A DNA stretch of 48,727 bases, the filler included, from Porpidia crustulata (Eukaryota): NCBI GenBank assembly GCA_964255105.1. It is 2 parts of 2 records of this genome, joined end to end, with 100 filler letters (N's around TTAATTAATTAA, not from the genome) between each part and the next. Parts side by side here need not be neighbours in the genome. Positions count along the whole stretch, not along the records: positions 24,498 to 48,727 come from CAXUWE010000060.1; 1 more part is not named here. One strand, written 5' to 3'. Position numbers and translations under genes: made by a program. The notes under the pieces were generated by a model. The model made no database searches. It was not told the DNA's origin and saw only the letters and a program-made list of their open reading frames with translations. Positions 24,498-36,065 of this stretch are shown here, piece after piece; positions within the stretch are counted from its first letter, which is position 1; each line of letters begins with the position of its first letter.

Positions 24498-25265
24498 ACT
24501 TCAACGGAATAAACCTCGAACTATGCGTCGCCCCAATCCCCGGCCTCCCATGCTTCACCGGCTTATAACTGATACTAAACTCCCCCAAATAAAACCCCAC
24601 CATCTCCGGCTTGATCTCGACCTGGTTGAACTCCTTGCCGCTATAAATCCCAATCACGGACCCGATCATCTCCGGCACCACGATCATGTTGCGCAGGTGC
24701 GTCTTGACCAGCTCGGGCTTCTCGTTCGGTTTGGCTTCCTGCTTGGCTTTGCGGAGCTTTTTGATCAGGCCCATGGGTTTGCGCTTGAGGCCGCGGTTGA
24801 AGCGGCGGCGGGCGCGGGCGTGGACGACGTCGCGGAGTTGGGAGGAGGAGAGATCGAGGGNNNNNNNNNNGGTAGGTGTATATATGTATGATTCTGTTTT
24901 GGGGGTTGTTTTGATGGTGTTGTTTTTGTCGGGTGGGGGGTAGTGGAGACGGACTGGTCGAGGTCGATGCCGCGGTAGGAGAATTTACGGAAGGTTCTCT
25001 TCTTTTTGAGCTCTGTAGGGAGAGGTAGAGTGTTAGTCGATTGTTTGACCACCAAGGCTTCGACGATGTATCCCGCAAGCGTTATGAGGGTTTCGTTAAA
25101 GGATGTATGATGGAGCGATCTTTGGTTTTGATGATTGATTGGTAGGATGGCACTCACCAGCAGCCTCCTCGGCGTTCTAAATCAATTCCTCGTCAGTTGG
25201 TTCATCTACTGAACAAGATATCAATTTCTCGCAGAGGGTTTACTTACATAGTCTGCATCAGCCAT
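24498..25265 (-). CDS. RPS15: 40S ribosomal protein S15 (uS19)
   Basis: Exons 25265-25248, 25176-25158, 25012-24955 and ~24860-24498; the last acceptor is hidden in the N gap 24861-24870. Protein reads [17 protein letters not shown]...[17 protein letters not shown]...[22 protein letters not shown]. The stop falls in the spacer. Confidence 0.97.
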
Positions 25266-25823
25266 GATTGCAATCTCCAGCCGTATTGCTCAGTACAGGA
25301 TGGCAGATGGAGAATAGTCGTTGATCTACTACGGCTTCGAGGTGATGTTGCGAATGAGGTTCGTGGAGACGCTAACGATTGTACTAGGTAAGCGAGGTTT
25401 TCCCTCGCTAAAGGTCTTTCACCATTTAGCTCTACGAGAATGGCCAATCCTAAGGTACCAGGGTATTAGTATGGCTTGATTGTATATGATATACTCGTTA
25501 CCTAATGTCTATAAGTCTAGTAATTCATCTGTCTGTTCCCTGCCTGTCTACACAGCAATAAGGACCGCCGCAGACATATCTTGTTGCTATCGAATAACTT
25601 GTATGGAAGGCTTTCTGCGTGAAACAGCTGTCTCACGTAAAATGGAAATCCGAAAGCAAGAAACACCCGCTAAAATAATAGCACATTTGCCTCCCAATGA
25701 ATGTACCCGCAGAAGCTTCCAAGCAGACGCTAGACGGCACAGCCCTGACGCCGTGTCCCATAATGCATACACCCCTACCAATGCCAGAAACCGTTGCAAA
25801 TGCCCAGAACCTTCATAGACCCC

Positions 25824-26944
25824 TTAGTAACTCCTCTTCTTCGCGTTCTTTGTCATTTGCTCGAGCTTCCTCCTTCTCTGCTCTTTCTCGCTCTTGTGCT
25901 GTGCTTCAATTCGAGCTTCTTCGTCATCCTCTTTCTTGGCGGCTTTAACCGCCATCTGCTCTTCTTCTTCAACGTCCGAGAACCCAGCTTCCATATCTGA
26001 CTCTGATTCAGGATACGGCTCATCATCCTCTGCGTCAAGATCATCTTCCTCGTCGTCAATGATGTCGTCATCTGAGGAGGCGGCAAAGCGATTACGGCTG
26101 GATTTGCCGACAATCTTCCGAGCGTTCATCGAGGCCTTATGACCGGAGGCAATTTCATCTGCAAGTTTCATAGTACCGCGATAAGCTGGGGCAGGTTTGG
26201 CGGTGCCTTTGTAGGCAGGTTGAGCTATCTTTCTGTCATTCACTTTCTTTGTCGATGGAACACCAGGAACAGGGCTGCTACTTTTACAAGCTGGAGAGAC
26301 GCCGCGCTGCCCAGGCTTTAGTCGGACTTGCCCCTTTGCTGAAAGACCTTTTTTGGCGAGTAAAAGCTCCTTCTTTTCGCTAATTTTCTCTTTTGGCTTG
26401 TGTTTGATTACACCAACGGCGGGAGAGGCTGTCTTTGCCGCTTTGGCTCGAGCCATGATTTCAGCATATGAACCCTTTTTAGGGGCAGCTTTGGGAATTT
26501 CTCCAGCAGGACCAGTAGTTCCGATTGGGGTGACAGTCGTAGCGCTTGTCCCGCGATAGGGAACGGCTCTCTTGGAGGAGCTCACAAGACTTGGACTGCG
26601 TGGATTTGCGAGCACTCGTGGTTTATCTGGGGCAGAGAGACCATTGCTCGGGCCGCTTGCCCTGCTATCCTTTGCCACCTTATAATTTGCTTTCGTGAGT
26701 TCGCTTATTGCTTTGCGTTTATTGCGCGACAAGGGGCTTTTAGCTGAAAGCGGCCCTCTATCACGCTCTTGGCCATCATTTGATACATTTGGTAAGCTTT
26801 CCGGTTTGGCGGCTTGCGGTGGTGGCAGAGTAGGGGGTACGCCATCACCGCCTATAGAACTCAGAACTGAGTTTAAAAACTGTATGAAAGCATCAGTACC
26901 CGTCATAGCCCCCGACAAAAGTTGATTTTTTGACTCACACTCAT
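25824..26944 (-). CDS. SPT2: SPT2-family chromatin protein
   Basis: 6-nt first exon ATG AGT (26944-26939) and intron 26938-26880 give MSFLNSVLSSI. Motifs KKGSYAEIMARAK and C-terminal SDMEAGFSDVEEEE...AAKKEDDEE...EKEQRRRKL. Confidence 0.8.
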
Positions 26945-27489
26945 AATGATAATGATGAGTAAGTCGCGTGCCCTCGAAATCCTGTGTTACCGCCAATTAC
27001 TCGTTAGTAAAAGAAGAGTCATGCCTCCAGAGCCTGAGCTATCTGGATAATCAAGGGAGCAGTATAGATGAGGGTTATAAAGTGATTCGTGATGAAGGAT
27101 CGCTGTTTAAAACTGTAGTGAATGTATGTGATGGCGAAGAAATTAAGGCACATGCGCCTTTAATTCTGCTGGTCGATACAATTGCATGTTGTAATCAATG
27201 AATCTCCGTAAGGAGTCTGGCGTAACGTCAGCCACAAGGCTAACCGAGCCTCTTCCCGCATCTAGCGTCCCACACACACAATACCTAGAATCTAGCTGGA
27301 TATTCGTGGAAACTTTTCTTGACTCACCACCAGACCTTTACATAAGAACTCGACGTTTCAGTCTCCGCCTTGCGGTTAAATCGATTGACTCTCCTGTTCG
27401 AACCATCATCTACTACTAAAGTGAGTAAAGCCAATTTTTGAAAAGTATCCCAAAATTACCTCTAATCTCCTAGACTTAGAACTACCAAC

Positions 27490-27890
27490 ATGAAGCATCT
27501 CGCAGCATACCTCCTCCTTGGCCTCGGCGGCAACACCTCACCCTCCGCCTCCGACGTCAAAGAATTGCTGGGCTCGGTCGGCATTGACGCAGATGATGAA
27601 CGCTTAGATACCTTGATCAAGGAGCTTAAGGGAAAGGATTTACAAGAAGTAAGCTTAGCATTTACCCAACAAGTCTGGAAAGATCTTCTCTGACAATATT
27701 ATCATAGTTGATCGCCGAGGGATCCACTAAACTCGCCTCGGTTCCGTCGGGAGGAAGTGGAGGCGGAGGTGGTGGAGCTGCTCCTGCTGCTGCTGGAGGT
27801 GCTGCACCGGCCGACGAAGTGAAGCCGGAAGAGAAGGAGGAGGAGAAGGAGGAGTCGGACGAGGACATGGGCTTCGGTCTATTTGACTAG
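27490..27890 (+). CDS. RPP2: 60S acidic ribosomal protein P2
   Basis: [10 protein letters not shown]...[16 protein letters not shown]...[13 protein letters not shown]. Intron 27649-27707, with a probable 5'UTR intron at 27421-27473. Confidence 0.97.
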
Positions 27891-28214
27891 ATCCACTCAA
27901 CGACAAAGTCGGTCGCTTATCACAGCATCTGCGGACACCATCAAGCGTTCTCATATCGCCATAGATACTCGAGACTTGTGTGTACATCCGATCGGATCTA
28001 AAATATCCGCCTCGAAGTCCCCATATAACGCCCATCACGAAGTACTACTTTACGTGATGAATATGTGACTCTCCATGCAACGACGGTTGGACGCCTATAA
28101 TGTTGGCGAGAGTTCAAACCGATATTGACAACAGTTGCTTCGAGTACCTGGATTTGTGCTCATACATAGCATTCATAGTCGCCACTGACACCTTTCTCAT
28201 CCGTTGATTACAAC

Positions 28215-29455
28215 CTACAATTTGCTATCCGTGGGCTCCCCAATCAAAGTATTAAATGCTACCTCCACCTCCTCTGTCAAATCACTCGCCTGCAACGCTC
28301 TCCCTCTCTTCTTAAAGGCCAATCGCGAGCACTCCCTCGTGATAGCGCTCCCACCGTACGCGGCTAGTCTGAGCGTCTCTTCCTTACTCATTCCCCCCTC
28401 GGTATCCCATAATCCTTGCAAGTACAAACCGCGCCATGCCAAGAACGTCCCGATGCTGCCCGTCAGCGTATCTCCCTGCCCACCACTGCGCTTGAGACCG
28501 CCCTCGAGAGTGGACTCAAGAGAGCTGGAACCATCGCAGATCCAATCCGTTGGCCCTTTCCGTACGATGAGCACACCACCGAGGGCACGGGCAACAGCAT
28601 GACACCCGTCTTCGCCTTTGTCCTCCGAATCCACCCCCACAGCTTTGGCCAACCTTGCAAATTCAACCACATTGGGCGTGAGCACGCATTCTTTGTAACC
28701 TTTTATCAGATCCGGGCGCTGCTGTATTAACCATAGCGCATCCGCATCTAGGACCAGTGGGATGTTGCTCTCCCTAGCCGCTTTGATGACTTCCGCGACA
28801 GTATCTTGCATAAGGGTATCGCGCCCAAGACCGGGGCCGATGACGATAGAATGTAGATTGGGCATCATAGAGGTAATAGGGGCGGCAAGGTGTGCAGCGT
28901 TGGTGGCATTGGAGTGTGCTTCGTGGGTTTCTCGCATGGTGGGGTGCACCATTAGATTGGGAGAATAGGATTTTATTACATTGGCGGCCGGAGGTGTGCA
29001 GAAGACGTGAGACTGCACAAGATAATTAGAATACGGCGGTTCCGGACTTGGTGTGGGGAGGGTAAAGTACTAAATCGCAGCCTGTGGGAGGAGATTCGTC
29101 AACTGCAGCACACAAAGTGTAGGTCGTTATAGGCAGAGGTAAGTACCTAATCGTGCAGAAGCCATAGCTGAGAAATATGGTGCGCCAGTATAACTGTTCA
29201 TTTGTCAAGACGTCAGTTGCTGGAGTTCTGTCTTGATCATCGCATTTATATCAATGCAACGTACCTCTCACTGCCACCAATGACAGCAACTCTACCCAAT
29301 TGACCTTAATGAAGCTGTCAGGACTTGCTGCCTTAATCATGGGGGCGGTAGCATCACAAACCTTTGTGAAATTTCTCTAGCATAGGCGGTACTATCATAC
29401 GAACCTTGGTGAGGAGCTCTTTGGTTGCTGAAGACATCTTTGGCTGTTCTGACAT
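28215..29455 (-). CDS. NNR2: ATP-dependent (S)-NAD(P)H-hydrate dehydratase (NAXD/YjeF-C family)
   Basis: Exons 29455-29362, 29304-29265, 29193-29147, 29081-29071 and 29012-28215. Motifs HKGQLGRVAVIGGS.SYTGAPY, IGPGLGR, VLDADAL, LTPNVVEF and KRSGGQGDTLTG. Confidence 0.93.
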
Positions 29456-29804
29456 TATTCAGGTTAGAAGAATTGAAAGGGAAATGCAAATTGAAAATGA
29501 TTCGGAGTATGAGTGCGGCTCATAAGACTTGGAGTGGAAGTCAGAGGGTTGGCTTGTGATGTCATCCGTCACTGACGTCGCAACGGTTCCGCCTCGGTTC
29601 TTAGCGTCCGCTAGATCTAGACGTGAGTCGAAATTATGGTGGAAGTCAGAAGTGATGTCTACTTGCTCTTCAAATAGTCAATCACCGCCCAACGCCTAGC
29701 CAGTTTTCGTTGCCCAACACCAAATGTGGTATGTAGCCATCCTCCCTTGCACCATTTCGACGCCTCCAGCGTTCTCGCACGTCAGTGCAGGAGATGGCTG
29801 GGTC

Positions 29805-32642
29805 TCATCTCGTCTTGGATGTGATACCGGTCCTTTCGCGCGGAACTGCATCTTCGGTGCGTAGCCACTCGCCGTTGAAAGCATTGATCAACCAGTTATT
29901 CAATCCTATGAGGAGTCAGCAAACGACCTCGGTGAGTAACATGGGGAGAATTCAGTACTGTCGTAGACCATCCGGTTGGCGTTATGGAAAAAGATACTAT
30001 GATCCGAGTCCGGAAACACATGAACATCGTAGTTCTCTACGCCTGCTATATCCAACTTGTCCAAAAGTGTGAGCGAATTCTGCATGTGTACGTTGTCGTC
30101 GGCGACGCCGTGCATCAAGAGAAAACGGACACTGCTCTGTAGCGCAGTTACATTGCTGATCGAGGTATTTGCGTAGCCCTCAGGATTGTGCTGAGGAGTG
30201 TGCATGTAGCGCTCGGTGTAGATGGAGTCTGTGAGTGAAAAAGTAAGCACCATCCTAGCAATATGCAATCTTTAAATTACCATAAAATCTCCAATCCGTG
30301 ACTGGTGCAACTGCCATTCCATACTTGAATATGTTGCCACCATCCAACTCAAGCGTCTTCAACGTCATGAAACCGCCATAGCTCCAGCCCCAGATCGCAA
30401 TTCTGTCAGCATCAACGTAATGCTTCTGGCCCCAGATCTTCGCAGTGGATATCTGATCCAGTGCCTCGTAATATCCAATATGCCCTCTGACAATGCACCT
30501 CGCTGCTCTACCAATGAAACCTGTACCTCTTCCATCAACAGTCACAACAATGTAACCAAGGTTAGACGCCACGTAGGCCTGAAAGTCGACGTTGAATCTC
30601 TTGTCAACGGACTGGGAGCCAGGGCCACCATAGAGGAAGAACAGTACCGGATATTTCTTATTGTTATCGAAATGTGGGGGCCGGCGCTCAACTAGCTGCA
30701 AGTCAAGGCCATTCATATTTACCGTCTGGTATATTTCAATGGGTAGTTCGTGTTGAGATGCAAATTCAGCCAGGGCTTGATTATCCTCGAAATGATGTTC
30801 ATATTCGTCCTTGTTGCTTGGGGTACTCAGAACCTTTTGCCATGGAATATCTGGTCCTTGATACGATAATAATGCATAACCAACACCTGTAGAAAACGAA
30901 ACGTCGTAATAACCTTCTTGACTAGTATCGCTTATGGATTGCAATCCAGAGCCATCGAGATTGACACTGTAAACGTGCCGTTGAATGGGCGATTCTCTGG
31001 TAGCAACAAAGTAAATCAGATTGTTGGCTAGGTCTACTGCTGATGGAGCCTTGACAACTTCCCATTTCCCTGAAGTGAGGTAAATGGGTTCAGGGTTGTC
31101 TAGTGGTGAGAAATATGCCAAATGATCGTAACCTTCATGAATAATAGTGTCCACATATCCAGAATGCGGACGATTATTGCTAGGGTCAGCTGGGATGAAT
31201 CGAGTCTCTTCAGACACTTCAAACCAGCCGCCATCAATTCCATTCACGTCAACCGTCCTTACGACCTTGCCGGCACGCTGCGTAACATCGATCAGAAGGA
31301 CCCTCAAGATGTCACTCTCCCTGTTGGTCTCCCGAACAAGAATTTTGCCGTCTTTTCCAGCCCACACAACCTCCGTGATAAGTCTGTCATCATCAAAGAA
31401 ATCACTATCAGTCTTGACATCAAACACTTCGTCCTTCGCGATGTCGTAAAATTTAAGATCTACAATGGGGTTCGGAGCCCCAGCCTTTGGATATTTGATT
31501 CGACGAACTTCGGGGTAATTCTCCTCTCCAGGCTTCGGTTTCTTTCCACTTGGTCTGGATACGAAATATTGGATCGGATATTCAGGCACAGCCGTTTCAT
31601 TGGTCCGAAGAAAAGCAATATAGTCACCGCTCTCTGACCACCAGGTTGCGCTATTACCCCCAAAAACCTCCTCTTCATAAACCCAGTCAGGAATGCCATA
31701 AAATAATTCAGTCCCACCGTCCTTCGTTATCTGTGTAATTTTGGTTGCTTGGGTTGAAAGGAGCCTCCGAAAATACATGTTATTTTGTCTTGTGAACACG
31801 ATCGCATCGGATTGCGGTGACCAAGAGGCTAATTGAATCCTGCCATTTACGTGGTCGGGGTCCAGAGGTTCTGCTTCTTGACTCGCAACGTCAAAAATCC
31901 AATATACTCCGGTGTAAGAGTGTCGCCAATTCTTCTCCATGCCTGACATGATCAGAACTTTCTTCAAGTCTGGACTTGGCCAGACTTTACTAGGGTATAT
32001 CTGATTGCCATCAAATTCAAAGCCTCCATCTTTCATCAAAGTTTTACTCTCAAGAGACGCAGCGCTAGGCTTACGACTCCTCACATCCTCCACCACCAGA
32101 TAATCCCGGGCTCCCCCTGCCGCTCTTTCTAAGAGTAGACCATCTTCGCCATTAGAACCTGCAATCCACGAGAGATGATGTGACTTGGCGCGCCATTGCC
32201 CTCCCAGAACTTGATCTAGCGTGACAGCTTTGCCTGAACCGCGCGAAGCGGTCGCCGCAGGATCGTGGGGTATCATGGAGGCTGGCTTATAGCTTTGCCG
32301 GGATAAAAACAACACCAGGGCGAGTAGCCATCCGCCAAAGCATAATGCTCCCAACGACCACATTATACGCCGGGCTCTCTTCTCAACAGGCCGCACTTGC
32401 AGTGGGCGGTAAATCCCATCTTCTGCATCGTAGTCTTCCTTGATTTGTTGCGAATCGTGCAGGCCAGGCTTCTTACTGAGTCCCTTACCATGATCGGTAG
32501 CAGACTCATTCAGACGCTCGAGGGCTATCGACGTAGTAGATACCGATGTTGCCGAGTCAAGAGAAGGCCGAGATGGATCTGAAATAGATACACTGTGGGT
32601 CAGTGGCATCATCTCCTCATCTTTATATTGTCCGACGGCCAT
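29805..32642 (-). CDS. DAP2: Dipeptidyl aminopeptidase B (S9B, type II membrane)
   Basis: N-terminal TM segment, [20 protein letters not shown], catalytic GWSYGG, DDNVH and DSDH. Introns 30280-30229 and 29958-29906. Confidence 0.95.
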
Positions 32643-33353
32643 ACTGAGCTCTTCTCAACTGTCGGACCTTCAAGCATCAAACGATTCATCTACTGTACGA
32701 GTTGGTCGAAGGTTCTCGACTTGTTCAATTCTCTTTGAGCATTTTGGAACTTGTCACCTTGTCAATGTGATGATTGAAGGTGTGGTTTTCAGACTCCAGC
32801 ATCTCCCTGATGTGCACCAGCTCATTGGAATAATCAATCTTCATTGGCTCAATGAGACTAGTATGCGCTCCCGATGACTAACCACCTAACTAGCCGCATG
32901 ATAAATGTACCACACGATTTAGGCGCGCATGCCCGTCAGACTGACTTTCAATGTTGGGGCATAGAAGCGAGAAGTGGCGCCTCAAATCATATTTGTATAC
33001 CTAGACATTTAAAAGTAGCCTAAGTATAAGCATGGAGGAACAGAAGTTAATATCGTTGGAGGATGCGGCTAATCAAGACAGCACACAGAAGTTCGTCCAT
33101 TTCAAAGCTGCGTCCAGTTATCTCAAGCCAAATCCTTGAGATTCAGCTATGCGTGTTGCTTCTGTAGCTTGGAAGCATACAGATACCTAATCCTGAGATC
33201 GTAAGTCTCATTCCATTACTTCTAGCCATACGGTTCTTCCCCGTTATTGAGAAAACAGGCTATTTTCAGCTCAATCCAGGTTCATGGTTTCTTCTACCAA
33301 CAATAATCCTATGATGTTGATCGCAATCAACGCGATTGCCCTGCTTAATCAAT

Positions 33354-34037
33354 TTAAAGTGTCCTTCAAGCTCGTCAGCAATGGCAAGTGCAAGTAGACA
33401 AGACTATCAAACCCAAGAAAGTCTTCCTTCACGCTTCCAATAGCAAACATACTGCCAACATCACTTCGTGTACCCATAAGTTTGATGCGCAGATGAGTGC
33501 CTTTCTCAATAACTTGATCTCCATTATCGGTATATTGAGGAGGAGTGGCGTTAGGGTCCCACTTGATGTCTGAAGGAATTAGCTAGATGGTGTTAGTGGT
33601 GTCCTCAGTCCTGCGTTTGTTATACTGCACAGTGGTAGAACAAACCTGATTGGACACAAATACTGGAAGGGGTCCAACGTCCGCAAAGACGCCCATTCGG
33701 TTGACAGAGCTGACTATGGCATCAACCTGCATGTAGAAACGAACAGCTTTTAGTATGTTGAAGATCATAGATCTTTAATAGAACGAACCGTCTCGCCCTT
33801 AAAGGGTCTCCACACAACTGCGCGATAATGTACTGTGTACTCCGCCACTGCACTTCCAGGTATGACACGTCCTTCAGATATATCGTAGGCATCCATCACA
33901 CAGATTATGTAGTACTGCCCAGTACATGTTCCTTCAACATCTTCCAATAAACGATTTGTCAAGTACTCTTTAACGCGGGGCCCGAAGAAGGATGGGTGGA
34001 GGGTGATTGTGCGCTCAAGCTCGTAAAGGAAGAACAT
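33354..34037 (-). CDS. RPB7: RNA polymerase II subunit Rpb7
   Basis: [20 protein letters not shown]...DVEGTCTG...WRPFKGE...GPLPVFVS...[12 protein letters not shown]. Introns 33788-33727, 33645-33583 and 33412-33364. Confidence 0.96.
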
Positions 34038-34584
34038 TTTAGATCCACAGAATCTCTTTATGGGAATAGCTGAGACCGGGGCAGTGGGAGCACGCGTTGA
34101 GGCGTCTTCTGGGTTTCAGTGCGTCTTGCACCAGCCGTGTGCCTCGACCCTCAACGCCGTCAATTTTTTCAATGCAAGACCACAAAGGTCGATTGGGACA
34201 GTCTCAGCTTGCATGTAATAGTTGGAGCAAGTACTGTGTAAAGAATGACAAGTGTGCGCTTCAATAGCAAGGTTGTATGATTAGCAACAGTCCAAACGCG
34301 TTGAAGCGCTTAACGACGTACTGAGGCCCACAGCCACATTGAAAGACCGCGCAAAAGCTGAAGCACTCTCGCGAATACTTATTAGACAAGAGCCCACCAG
34401 AAGCCTTGTCAATAGACCTGAAGGCCGCGATGGCGTAATGAGCGGGATAGTCGAATAAGAGATGAACAACGATTGAGCGCGCGACAAATTCGAATCTGAT
34501 AGCTGCATATGGCTTAGTGCAGAAATATGCGCTCCCTTTATTTTTTAAGTTTATAAACACATTGAGCTATATCTTGTATGAAAT

Positions 34585-34672
34585 GCCCGCATGGCTTAGT
34601 GGTACAGCGTCTCACTCGTATACAATTTCATTCGTCATGAGAAGATCATCAGTTCGATTCTGATTGTGGGCA
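34585..34672 (+). tRNA. tRNA-Thr(CGT) with a 16-nt intron (34621-34636)
   Basis: Acceptor stem GCCCGCA/TGTGGGC, A-box TGGCTTAGTGG, anticodon stem TCTCA/TGAGA with loop CT-CGT-A, T-loop GTTCGATTC, downstream T-runs at ~34698-34711. Confidence 0.92.
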
Positions 34673-34876
34673 ATTACTCTGATAAGTTGAGCATTTGCTT
34701 TTACAATTTTTGGAGTGGAGACCAGATTCCTGCGCTACGAGTTTCCCGAGGTTAGTCACTGTTCGAACTTATCTTCCAAATGTCCATTGGAATTCGAACT
34801 ACAATACCATTTCTACTAACTTTGGGTGACGACGCTGAACAGTAGAACACTCTTGACATCCACACCAGGACTCATC

Positions 34877-35650
34877 ATGGCACTCAATTTGGAGAAACAG
34901 CTCCAATTCGTACGATTCTCGTCCAGCCTCTGGATGCGCCAAAAGATGCTGACACGTGACAGTATGGCTCATATCATGATAATCCAGTGGGCCAAATCTC
35001 CTCTTCGTGAAATACCTTTAAGGACTGATGTACCAACCCGTCAGATAAATGTAGCCATTCATGTAGCTTGCGTTCCAACGATCTTGATGACGGCCATTTT
35101 ATTCGTGAGTGCAGCAATGGCTTCAAAGGTCGTCTAAGCGCACTCTGAATTGTCCCTATAGGGCACCAATACGCCATTACTCGTACCTTTGCCAGATTGG
35201 CTTCAAATTGAATACCTTCCGCCAAACTTTGGCACACTGGCAGCAATATTATACGCTTCACTATACATTCTTATGGAGCCTGTTGCCGGTGGCATGCTTG
35301 CACCACTACTACTAGGAGGCACTGCCTACGCAAATCATCTGACCAATCAATACGGTATGAGTGCAAACTATTGGGGAATCGGTCTTCATGTCACGAGTTG
35401 GCTTTTTCAATTCGTTGGCCACGGGTTATTCGAGGGAAGAGCTCCTGCTTTACTTGATAATCTGGCGCAAGCTCTTTTTCTAGCCCCGTTCTTCGTTTGG
35501 ATGGAGGTTCTTTTCTATTTTGGATACCGCCCTGAGCTCAAACAGCGCCTGGAAAAGGCTGTGCATGGGGAACTTGAGAAATTCAGAAAAACAAAGATTC
35601 ACGAGAGCGGCAAAGCTATCAATGGCAAAGCGGGTAGCAAGGAGCTATGA
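34877..35650 (+). CDS. MPO1: DUF962 membrane protein (Mpo1/YGL010w-like 2-hydroxy fatty acid dioxygenase)
   Basis: Exons 34877-34909, 34963-34986, 35045-35104 and 35162-35650. Motifs LEKQLQFYGSYHDNPINVAIH and QFVGHGLFEGRAPALLDNL...APFFVWME...GYRPEL. Confidence 0.88.
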
Positions 35651-36065
35651 AGAGACTGACGGGATGTTCAGTCGGGTCTCAAGAGGCTTTTTGTATTTTT
35701 ATAAATCAGTGCTGTACCAGACAGCAAAACTTACCATTAAATAATGCCGTTAGTACAAATGTGATACAATACAATAAACTTCCATTCTATTAAATTCCAT
35801 ACCCTTGACAGCTCAGGAGTTCAGTTTCTAGCATCACACTTGATGTGATGTCTTGGAGTGCTTGGCACCTTAGGCATAAACTACAAATATATACTGTGCA
35901 GGCGCTAAACTCTTGGCCCTTCTCCTTCGACTCCTCTACTCCGTACTCACAACAACCGCAGAATTTTCCTGGTACTCATCCAATATTCTCAACCTCCTAC
36001 GTTCTGGTAGCAATTCCGCTTGCCCTTACTCGTTCTTTTTCTATTTTCGTCAAGCTACAGTCAGG

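Noticed and set aside
25013..25157. Intronic snoRNA in the longer RPS15 intron (ATP1 intron 1 was also checked)
   Set aside because: No convincing C/D or H/ACA boxes with a terminal stem were seen.
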